Assembly: GCF_000014265.1 (NCBI RefSeq)
Contig: NC_008312.1
Coordinates: forward strand, 7,320,001-7,352,000
DNA: 32,000 nt
Direction of reading: 5' to 3'
Source of the DNA: Trichodesmium erythraeum IMS101
Lineage (GTDB): Bacteria > Cyanobacteriota > Cyanobacteriia > Cyanobacteriales > Microcoleaceae
Positions 18,713 to 27,147 of this stretch are shown here, one piece after another. The notes under the pieces were generated by a model. It made no database searches, had not been told where the DNA came from, and saw nothing but the letters and a program-made list of their open reading frames with translations. Every line of letters starts with the position of its first letter. The stretch's first letter is position 1. A program made the translations under genes and the position numbers.

Positions 18713-19261
18713 ATGATTTCCACAAAAAAATTATCAAGTGCTGTTACTGGAGCAATAATTATTACCACAATAACAGCAATGTCAGGCTTAAGCGCCAAAG
18801 CTTTATCCCTTCGGAAAGTTACTAATTTAGAGTCCATCACCTTTTTTGAGAGAACAGGCGGCACATTTCCTCAACCCTATACCTTCGGCCTATATAGTTC
18901 CCAGCTTTTAAATCGACTTTCCATCCTTAATTCCAGTTCTTATGACTTCTTGGGAAAATCAATAGAATTATATGATATATTCTATAGTGATCGCTTTGGC
19001 AATTTAGATATTAACCGAGAATACGTGACAGTTAAGAGCGTATTTAACTACGGGAAACCATCTGGAGGCGGCTTAAACCTGAGGGAGATGAGATTTAATT
19101 TTGCCGACGGTTCGACCGAGTTTGCGAATCTAGTTGCTGACTTCACCGTTCTCGGAAATAATGGACATCCAAGGACAGTAAGGAATGCAATAGATGGCAA
19201 CTTGCTAACCCATACCACGGCAAAACTATCGGTCAAAGCGATCGGCTTTCAGTCACCCTAG
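18713..19261 (+). CDS. secreted hypothetical protein (body of a PEP-CTERM family protein, apparently frameshifted near the 3' end)
   Basis: Signal-peptide-like N-terminus MISTKKLSSAVTGAIIITTITAMSGLSAKA. The track ORF starts at a GTG at 18710, with an ATG at 18713. The ORF stops at 19259-19261, but a PEP-CTERM signal is encoded just downstream in another frame (see next feature). Confidence 0.6.
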   Translation: MISTKKLSSAVTGAIIITTITAMSGLSAKALSLRKVTNLESITFFERTGGTFPQPYTFGLYSSQLLNRLSILNSSSYDFLGKSIELYDIFYSDRFGNLDINREYVTVKSVFNYGKPSGGGLNLREMRFNFADGSTEFANLVADFTVLGNNGHPRTVRNAIDGNLLTHTTAKLSVKAIGFQSP

Positions 19262-19368
19262 GTTTTGTATCGTCATCTGCATCTGTCCCCGAACCCGGTT
19301 TCATCTTAGCTTTCTTGGCCTTGGGCGGGTTGGGTTTTCGTTCCCTATTAAAAGACAACTTCCAATAG
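19162..19368 (+). other. out-of-frame coding segment carrying a PEP-CTERM sorting signal
   Basis: The frame with codon starts at 19162, 19165 ... reads WTSKDSKECNRWQLANPYHGKTIGQSDRLSVTLGFVSSSASVPEPGFILAFLALGGLGFRSLLKDNFQ*, with its stop at 19366-19368. VPEP plus a hydrophobic helix plus a basic tail is the canonical PEP-CTERM architecture. This frame overlaps the last ~100 nt of the 18713-19261 ORF. Confidence 0.6.
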
Positions 19369-19790
19369 TTCGGATACTTCGGTGTCAAATTTCAGGAATA
19401 TATCTAGAGCTTGCTAATTAAATATAAAAGCATAGCATTGATGCCCTAGGTTAGGTAGAAATTAGGAGGTATACTAGAAACTTCAACAAGTATGTTTAGT
19501 TTGAAACAGATATAAATTTTTTCACCTAATATTTGACAATTACAGAAGTTTTCCTGCAAGGCAGAGCATAGTAGGGACGTTCCATCAAACTTAGTTTTGA
19601 TGGTGACGATATGATTCATATATCTAGTAAAACAGTATCAACTATTTGACATACTTCTAGGGGTAAACCCGTGGGATATCTCGGCTCCTTCCTCCGTCCA
19701 ATTCAATTTTCAAGGAGTCCACTTAAATTAAACTGTGATGGTGGCATCTAAATCGAATTGTTATTTTTATAAATTATAGGGTATATTTTT

Positions 19791-19811
19791 CCCTACTCCC
19801 TACTCCCTACT
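19791..19811. repeat. STRR-like heptanucleotide tandem repeat (CCCTACT x3)
   Basis: CCCTACTCCCTACTCCCTACT read directly, 70 bp upstream of the DUF2062 gene start. Confidence 0.8.
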
Positions 19812-19880
19812 CGGTGAAAAATGTTAAATTAATTTTGCACAGGTAATTAAATAGTCAGCTAATATAAATTTATTGGAGTT

Positions 19881-20444
19881 ATGATCAAAAATATCTCACA
19901 AATTCCTCAGCAAATACTACCATTACTAACTCAAAAAAAATCTCTATCAGAAAAAAATAAATTATCTTATTGGAATAGATATGGGCGATATTTATACTCG
20001 CGCTTTATCAGAATGCAGGGAACTCCCGAATATATTGCTAGAGGTTTAGCATTAGGAGTATTTGCCGGATTATTTCCAATCTTTGGTTTACAAACTATAG
20101 TTGGTATAGTACTAGCGACTCTATTCCAAGGTAATAAAGTTGCTGCTGCTGCTGGCACTTGGGTAAGTAATCCTTTAACTTATTTACCAATATATGCAAT
20201 TAACTTTCAAGTTGGTCAATGGTTACTTAAATCTCAAGAAGAGTTTATACCTGAAAGTATACATTCATTTTCAGAGTTAATGCAATATGGAACTCAATTT
20301 ATCACATCTCTATTTTTAGGTTGTTTAGTAATGGGTCTAATTGGTGGAATATTAAGTTATTTAATTGGGTTGAAATTAATTCCTTTGTGGCGTAGCGATC
20401 GCCGAAAAAATTTATCTTCAATAGTAGGAAATACTAATAACTAA
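19881..20444 (+). CDS. DUF2062-family integral membrane protein
   Basis: 187 aa. It has the motif G.PE.IA.G.A.GVF.G..P.FG.Q, then three or four hydrophobic helices (GLQTIVGIVLATLF, WVSNPLTYLPIYAINF, LFLGCLVMGLIGGILSYLIGL) and a basic C-terminus. This matches my memory of the DUF2062 family. Confidence 0.8.
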   Translation: MIKNISQIPQQILPLLTQKKSLSEKNKLSYWNRYGRYLYSRFIRMQGTPEYIARGLALGVFAGLFPIFGLQTIVGIVLATLFQGNKVAAAAGTWVSNPLTYLPIYAINFQVGQWLLKSQEEFIPESIHSFSELMQYGTQFITSLFLGCLVMGLIGGILSYLIGLKLIPLWRSDRRKNLSSIVGNTNN

Positions 20445-20514
20445 TCACTCAATTTGGATTAGTTAGTTGAGAAAAAGATGATAAAAAGCAATATATTGAA
20501 TATTTATGTTAAAT

Positions 20515-22790
20515 ATGTTAGTTAATAGAATACTACTACGTTGCTATAAAATTATTCATGAATTAGCTGAAGGTGGATTTGGGTAAATTTATTTAGCCGT
20601 AGATACGGCTTGACCATACTATCCCCAATTCATTGGTGAGAAGTTAAGCTTGTAAGTCTTTTTTCAAGAGAGTTGGAGAAAATTGCTAAAAAAAAATTGT
20701 TCAGCTCCTCATTGAAGCTCAGAAAAAGGTGCGACAATTAATTTAACATTTGGTTTAAGGTGCTGCTCAATAATTCCTTTTACTCAATTTTGAGGGTCAG
20801 CAAAATATTTAATAGGGTCTTTTCCCTTACCTTTTTGGTGACCCCTCATAAAATGATAAAAACCACGATAAATCATATAATCATGAGATTTTATCAAAGG
20901 TTACAGAAAGTTCATCGGCTAGAGCATTACCTAAATTTACTAAGACAGCATAAAATAACCAAGTCGCCCAAACTTGTCACTTAATTCCATTAATTGAACC
21001 TGTCCATAAATATAAATTAAAGAGTATTTTGACAGTATCAAAAGCATCTTCAATTTTCCAACGCCACCAATATAAATCTGCTACTATATAAGGGGGTAAA
21101 GTATAAGGTTATAGGACACTGGTTAAATAAGAATTCCATGTTTTTCCTGACCTAATTTCAATTAAACGTAAAGTGATAAACGGAGTTTTATTAGTACCAG
21201 AAATAAGACATATATTTCTGTATTGCAATGCATAGCTATCTGTAAATACCTGTTGCATAGGGAACTGCTATCCCCCCTTTTTTTGTCAGTAATAAAATAC
21301 ACTTTTTTATCTATTAATTTTAACCAAAAATTAAAGTAATACAACCCTATATATAACAATAAAAAAGTATTTTCTGTCACTAAATTCAAAATATTTTCTT
21401 CAAGTTTAGTATTAGATGCTTTGGGATTTTCTTCAAACCAAATCTATACTGGTAATCTGATTATTAAATTAATAACTAGACTCATCTTTCTTACTAATTG
21501 TTATTTTTTCATTTATTATCAACCTTTTAATTTCTTAAATAAAACCTCCAATGTTGACCCATATATTATCCAAATATATATTTGGGAATTTTAATAAGGT
21601 AAATTAAAGACTTTCTAGCAACAAACCCTTATTTATGCTCTGCCAAGCTGCTCTTAAACTAGACAATAAATCTTTAAATACTTTCTCCAATAATTCATTG
21701 GGAAATGTCAAAAATATTTGTGATACAGTTTGTTAACTAACCTTTGTGTGATTACACCACAAAAAACCATCTTTAGCTAACATTCTTGTCAATTCTCTGA
21801 CTCCAGCTACCTCTGGCGAGAATAAGGTTAATACCCCAGTCATTATCAACCATAAATTTAATATCCGTTCCCTAAGTCCTATTTGTCAGTAGTAGTTTTC
21901 TTTATTTGTAATGGCTAGTGCCAGTTATCTTTCCAATTGCTTGGCTATAACTTCATCTTCCAACATTGACCACTATTTCTTTTTTTAGGTGGTCTCTGTT
22001 GGTTTTTTTTACTAGTAGTCATGGCTGGCCTCAATTTCTCAATTAATTATCTAGATTGAGTTTCCTACTATTTTTGACCTTTAGAAAGACTGCCCTTGAC
22101 AATTTTCTCTTTTCCTTAACTTGTCACCAATGTCCCCAATGTTTTGTCAAAATACTAAAGAAAAATTATAATCCATAAGTTTTACAGATAACACGATAGT
22201 TATTTAACAAAGAAGGAAAAAATTTATATTAATTAGGGCAACAAGAGAACATTTTGAGGAGGATAGTAAATTTTATTCAAGAGTCTATTAAAGGAAAGGA
22301 TATAATTTAACTAAAGAAATAATTCCTGGCAAACCATTAGATGAAGCATTTACAATTTAAGTCCTTAAATAAATACTAGAAATATTAAAGTATGTTTATA
22401 ATCATAATTTTCTTTATAAAGATATTAAACCATTAAATTTAACGGGTCGCGAGCTAGATAATAAGCTAGTGATGATTTATTTTGGAACAGTGAAAAAACT
22501 TAGTGTTTTCCCCAGGGACAAAGAATGAAAAATAACTCCTACTATTGTAGTTGTTACTCCCTACCGAGACTAAGTAATTTTCCTAAATTTTGTAGGGATA
22601 TTCATGGTCTTAGGATTCTTGTATCTAAGCAATTACTAGTTGAAGCTATCAAGAAATACAACAGTAAAAGGAGAATAAGCATTCAAAGTTACAATAAAGC
22701 AATCTGTATTAACCCCGAACAGCCCATATATACTATAAATCTCATGGTAATAGGCTTCATAGTTGAGGATATTATAAGACAGCATTGGTA
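20515..22790 (+). pseudogene. decayed Ser/Thr kinase-TPR gene, split by an IS relic
   Basis: Reading across frames recovers the kinase subdomains in the same order as the downstream paralogs. 20515-20650 gives MLVNRILLRCYKIIHELAEGGFG*IYLAVDTA*PYYPQFIGEKL. About 22245-22510 gives HFEEDSKFY / FIQESIKGK, then EIIPGKPLDEAFTI*VLK*ILEILKYVYNHNFLYKDIKPLNLTGRELDNKLVMIYFGTVKKL, with HRD decayed to YKD and DFG to YFG. Next comes an activation-loop remnant TPTIVVVTPYRD*, then a TPR-like YNKAICINPEQPIY at about 22690-22740. There are many stops, frameshifts and internal deletions. Confidence 0.7.
20709..22032 (-). mobile_element. decayed IS4-family insertion sequence (transposase pseudogene)
   Basis: The minus-strand reading, with several stops and frameshifts, starts MTTSKKNQQRPPKK at 22032. 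Internal sequence reads LRLIEIRSGKTWNSYLTSVL*PYTLPPYIVADLYWWRWKIEDAFDTVKILFNLYLWTGSINGIK*QVWATWLFYAVLVNLGNALADEL. It contains the IS4 Y-(2)-R-(3)-E-(6)-K signature (YWWRWKIEDAFDTVK, about 21030-21075). The C-terminal ...HLKPNVKLIVAPFSELQ* ends at 20709. I could not identify terminal inverted repeats, so the true element ends (roughly 20700 and 22100-22200) are approximate. Confidence 0.65.
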
Positions 22791-23220
22791 GATTTAAATA
22801 AAGCTATAGGGTAGTCCTATATATGTAGTGATATGTTAATATAAGCAATTAATTTATGATATTAATATCTGAGTAGCCACACTTATTTGACGAGGATAAT
22901 AAGAGTAAGAATTTAATACATTTTGTTTTTTTCTTGGAAAAAGAATTTTAATAATTGTAGGTAGTGTTGAATTATAACTATTTTATCTAGTTTGTTATAC
23001 TAAACATAACTTGGTAAATGAACTAATATCAATCTTTCTAATATAAATCTAATATAAAATTAATGTTTTGTCCAAAAATTAATATTAGAAAAATATTAAC
23101 TTGATAGATTGCAATTAGTCAAAATAAAAACTATACTTTTTGTATAGATAATAATTATAAAAAAAACGTCTATTTAAAATTATAACCCTCACCAATCTAT
23201 GTTAGAACTTTAGATATAAC

Positions 23221-24337
23221 TATAGCAATCCCATATTGGTCGCAACAGATATAATAGTAAGAATAACAGATCTAAGAAAAAGACAAAAAATGAATATTAT
23301 AGATAAACTAAATGATTTTATTAATCAAACAAAAGAGTCTAAAGAAATTAAAAGGGCCTTGGCCGTAAAAATGACCTTGTCAGGAAAATCCTACCATGAA
23401 GTCAAAGAATTATTAAATGTTTCTCACAGTTTTATTAGTGAATGGAAAAACCAAGCATTATTTCATGGTGTAGAAAGTTTAAGGCTTCAGTATCAAGGGA
23501 GACAAGGTTACTTAAAAACGGTCGAAAAAGAGAAAACAATTGAGTGGTTGAGAGCACAAGATTATCTTAGGTTATCAGATTTAAAAAACTACTTACAGGA
23601 GCAATATGATGTGGTTTTTGAGTCTAATCAAAGTTACTATAACTTGTTTAAAGAAGCGGGCATAAGTTGGAAAAAAACTCAAAAAAAGAATCCTGCTAAA
23701 AATGATGAATTAGTAGAAGTTAAAAGAAAAGAAATAGAGGAATTTTTAGCTAAATGGCAACCAGAAATAGAAACTGGAAAGCTTACAGTGTTTATGATTG
23801 ATGAATGTCATCTTCTATGGGGAGACATATTAGGTTATGCTTGGGGAAAAACAGATGAAAGAATAGAAATTGCAATTAAAAATGAAAAAGAAAGACAGAC
23901 TTATTATGGAGCTTTAGACTATAAAACCAAGGAATTTCTTGTGCAAGAATATGAGAGTGGAAATACTAAAAATACTATTGAATTTATTAAATATTTGCAG
24001 AAGCAAAGACCGGGCAACAAATTGGCAATATTTTGGGATGGGGCAACTTACCATAACTCTCAAGAATTTCGAGAATATTTAATGACAATTAATCAATACT
24101 TATCAGAAGAAGAATTGTTGATAAATTGTACAAGATTTGCTCCCAATGCTCCGGAGCAAAATCCTGTTGAAGATATTTGGTTACAAACCAAAAATTTCAG
24201 TATTACTTTTTATCATCTTTGCAGTTCTTTTAAAGTAGTTAAGTGGCTATTTAAGTTTTTTGCGGATGGTCAAATATTCAATTTCCCAAAACTTTTTCAG
24301 TATGAAATTTTGCCGCAACCTACTTAGGATTGCTATA
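23221..24337 (+). mobile_element. intact IS630-family insertion sequence (~1.1 kb)
   Basis: The left end is TATAGCAATCCCATATTGGTCGCAACA (from 23221). The reverse complement of the right end is TATAGCAATCCTAAGTAGGTTGCGGCA (ending at 24337). The first 11 nt are identical and the next ~16 nt are partly conserved. TA dinucleotides flank both ends, consistent with IS630/Tc1 TA target duplication. It encloses a single uninterrupted transposase ORF. Confidence 0.85.
23290..24327 (+). CDS. IS630-family DDE transposase
   Basis: It has an N-terminal HTH-like region (KRALAVKMTLSGKSYHEVKELLNVSHSFISEWK) and a DDE_3-type catalytic core (FMIDECHLLWGD; IFWDGATYHNS; APNAPEQNPVEDIWLQTK). The track ORF begins at a TTG at 23236. 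The ATG at 23290 (MNIIDKLNDF) is the more likely start. Confidence 0.9.
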   Translation: MNIIDKLNDFINQTKESKEIKRALAVKMTLSGKSYHEVKELLNVSHSFISEWKNQALFHGVESLRLQYQGRQGYLKTVEKEKTIEWLRAQDYLRLSDLKNYLQEQYDVVFESNQSYYNLFKEAGISWKKTQKKNPAKNDELVEVKRKEIEEFLAKWQPEIETGKLTVFMIDECHLLWGDILGYAWGKTDERIEIAIKNEKERQTYYGALDYKTKEFLVQEYESGNTKNTIEFIKYLQKQRPGNKLAIFWDGATYHNSQEFREYLMTINQYLSEEELLINCTRFAPNAPEQNPVEDIWLQTKNFSITFYHLCSSFKVVKWLFKFFADGQIFNFPKLFQYEILPQPT

Positions 24338-24437
24338 TAAAGAAAATACTTATTATTACTGATAACTTGAAAATCATACAAATCACTAGAAAATTATCTA
24401 GTTGATTAAAAACCTCACTATCAAAATTAAATCTGCA

Positions 24438-26654
24438 ATGGGGACTATGGATACTCAGATAAGCAAAATTGTAGATCAACGGTATAGCTTGATCCAACCT
24501 ATAGGTTTAACTATTTTAGGACAGACATATTTAGCACTAGATACTCACCGTCCTGGTTCCCCACAATGTGTGGTTAGAGAAATTCGATTAGGTAATTTTA
24601 CCTCAGGAAATAGAGATCTAATACTATCATTATTTAAAGAAAAAATAGAAAATTTTTTTAGCTTGAGTCAACACGAGGGCTTGCCACATTTATTAGCTTA
24701 TTTTGAAGAAAACAATAATATATACTTAGTTGAAGACTATATAGTAGGTATATTGTTATCAGAAGAATTAGCTGGTGGTAAATGCTTAATAGAATTGGAA
24801 GTAATCAAGATTTTAAAAGAGATACTAGAAATTTTAGTTTTCATTCATAATAAGGGGGAAGCTCATGGAAAAATTAAACCAGGAAATTTGGTCAGACAAG
24901 TATTAGATGGAAAATTATTCTTAATGAATTTTGGGTTAGAAAGGCAAATTAAGAGAATTTTAGAATTAAATGAGGAACCATTAATATCAGAAAATTATGG
25001 AGATAGCAATTATTATAGCTTACTTTATATCCAATCGGAAAAAAATCAAGAGCAAGTAGACAAAAAAAGTGATATTTATGCTTTAGGGATAGTTGCTATT
25101 CAAGCACTAACAGGATTATCACCTCAAGATTTACTGGAGCAAAAAATAATTAACAATACTCTAAGAATAGAAATACCTTGGCAGAGTTTGCAAGTATGTT
25201 CCCTACCACTATCAAATGTGATTGACAAAATGGTAAATAATCAATGTGAAGAAAATTATGAGTCAGCAACAGAAGTCCTAGCAGAGTTAAGTAAGATATT
25301 GGTATCTACTGAAACCAAATTAATTCCACAATCAGAAACTATAATTACAAGACCTAGAGCAAGAGAGATTCCATTACTACCAACATTACCCAGATACAAG
25401 AAAAAAAATATATTAATTGCTAGTTTAGTAATAATAACAGGAGTAGCGATCGCTTATTTCTGGCAATACCAATTTATAGGGCAAACACTCTATAAAAAAG
25501 GTCAAGAGTTAGCTAAACAAGGAAAACAGCAAGCAGCGATCGCCAACTACACTGAAGCACTCAAACTCAATCCCAAAAAGGCATCAATTTACTATAAAAG
25601 AGGAAACTCTTACTATTCTCATAGATCTTATGAAAAGGCAATAAAAGATTATACAGCAGGGATTAAAATCAAAGCTAACTATGAAGATGCTTACTATCAA
25701 CGTGCTCTAGTTTATTATGAACTAGATAACAAAGACAAAGCTATGACCGATTTAACGCAAACATTAAGAATAAATCCTAACTACACCCAAGCTTACAAAA
25801 AACGAGGGCTAATTTACTACGAAATTGGAGACTATAAAAGTGCTATCCAAGACTACAGTGAATCAATTAGACTTAATCCCAAAGATAGTAAGACCTATAT
25901 TAATAGGGGAATAGCAAGAGGAGCGCTAGAGGATCAAGTCGGTGCAATTAGTGACTACACTCAAGCTATCAAACTGAACCCCAATGATGTAAAAGCATAT
26001 TATTATCGAGGTAAGTCTCTGTTTAAGATGTTAGACTATCAAGGTGCAATAGAAAACTATAATCAATTCTTAGAAGTTAAACCTGATGATGCCGATGCTT
26101 ATACAAATAGATGTAGCGCTTACCTCCATAAGGGAAATGATTCATCAGCAATAGCAGATTGTCAACAAGCAATAGAAATAAATCCTCAAGATTTTCTAGC
26201 ATATCATAATCTATGTATTGCCTATTTCAATCTAGGGGAATATCAAAGGGCAACAGAAAACTGTAGTATTGCTATTGGTATAGATAAGAACAATGCAAAA
26301 GCTTATACAAATAGAGCTTTAGCTCAGTCTGCTCGTGGCTATTTACAAGAAGCGATCAAAGACTTTACTACAGCAATTGAAATTAACCCTCAAGATGACC
26401 TTAACTATAGTCATCGGGGAATGATTTTCTCAGTTCTCAAAAACTATAATCAAGCAATTAAAGATTTTTCTCAAGCAATTAGACTCAATTCAAATAATGC
26501 TAAAGCCTATTATAATCGAGGAGTTATTCTACATAAATTAGAAGACTTACCAGCAGCAATAGTTGACTTTAATAAAAGTGCTAGTTTATTCTTAAAACAA
26601 GATCAAATAAAAAATTATCAAAACTCGCTAAATATGATTAAAAAACTACAGTAA
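24438..26654 (+). CDS. Ser/Thr-kinase-like (predicted pseudokinase) / single TM / TPR-repeat protein
   Basis: The fold and order match the 27148-29388 paralog: RYSLIQPIG...QTYLALDTHRPGSPQCVV, LLAYFEENNNIYLVEDY, DIYALGIVAIQALTG. The catalytic residues are replaced: the VAIK lysine is Arg (CVVREI, codon 24576-24578), HRD is HGK (24864-24872), and DFG is NFG (24927-24935). The G-loop is degenerate (IGLTILGQ) and there is no GTxxYxxPE. A TM helix ILIASLVIITGVAIAYFW is followed by about 10 TPR motifs. The track ORF starts at a TTG at 24402. The ATG at 24438 is preferred. Confidence 0.85.
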   Translation: MGTMDTQISKIVDQRYSLIQPIGLTILGQTYLALDTHRPGSPQCVVREIRLGNFTSGNRDLILSLFKEKIENFFSLSQHEGLPHLLAYFEENNNIYLVEDYIVGILLSEELAGGKCLIELEVIKILKEILEILVFIHNKGEAHGKIKPGNLVRQVLDGKLFLMNFGLERQIKRILELNEEPLISENYGDSNYYSLLYIQSEKNQEQVDKKSDIYALGIVAIQALTGLSPQDLLEQKIINNTLRIEIPWQSLQVCSLPLSNVIDKMVNNQCEENYESATEVLAELSKILVSTETKLIPQSETIITRPRAREIPLLPTLPRYKKKNILIASLVIITGVAIAYFWQYQFIGQTLYKKGQELAKQGKQQAAIANYTEALKLNPKKASIYYKRGNSYYSHRSYEKAIKDYTAGIKIKANYEDAYYQRALVYYELDNKDKAMTDLTQTLRINPNYTQAYKKRGLIYYEIGDYKSAIQDYSESIRLNPKDSKTYINRGIARGALEDQVGAISDYTQAIKLNPNDVKAYYYRGKSLFKMLDYQGAIENYNQFLEVKPDDADAYTNRCSAYLHKGNDSSAIADCQQAIEINPQDFLAYHNLCIAYFNLGEYQRATENCSIAIGIDKNNAKAYTNRALAQSARGYLQEAIKDFTTAIEINPQDDLNYSHRGMIFSVLKNYNQAIKDFSQAIRLNSNNAKAYYNRGVILHKLEDLPAAIVDFNKSASLFLKQDQIKNYQNSLNMIKKLQ

Positions 26655-27147
26655 TTATAGGGAGTATGGAATAGAAAATAGAGAGAAATTGATGTGAGAA
26701 AAACACTTTTATGATCCCTATAGGTAATTAATTAGGACTTGGGCAGAACGACTATATCTAGCAAGTAGAGGTTAACGGCTGTCAACCCCTACATATGGTG
26801 TATATTTTTACCCTAAGTAGGTAAATCTTGTTAATGAGACTTAATATTATATTAATTCCCATAAATAATGCTATATGTTGGTAAAACTTCAGTTATTAAA
26901 TAATTAATATAAAAGAACAGGATTCATTTCTTTTTTTGACCTAAGTTTATGTTAATTATGATTATGTTTACTTCTTCTCTACTACCAGACTATTTTACTT
27001 TTCTACTCAATAAAATGTAGAAAAACTTTTGAGAAATAGTGTGATTTCATACCCCTCTCTTCTGAGTAGAAGAATAACCAGCATGTATTATACAAATGCT
27101 AATAAAGCCAAAAAATAGTATAAAATAAATAACAAAATGTATACCAC

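Noticed and set aside
19048-19236. Minus-strand ORF inside the PEP-CTERM protein gene. The same applies to 19967-20158 inside the DUF2062 gene and 28059-28271 inside the kinase gene.
   Set aside because: These are antisense shadows of well-supported genes.
20760-21389. ORFs 20760-20984 (+) and 21162-21389 (-)
   Set aside because: They lie within the decayed IS4-family element. The minus-strand one is a fragment of the broken transposase frame, and the plus-strand one is antisense to it.
22525-22791. 88-aa plus-strand ORF
   Set aside because: It is a frame artefact of the decayed kinase-TPR pseudogene. It contains an activation-loop remnant read out of frame and a TPR remnant (YNKAICINPEQ).
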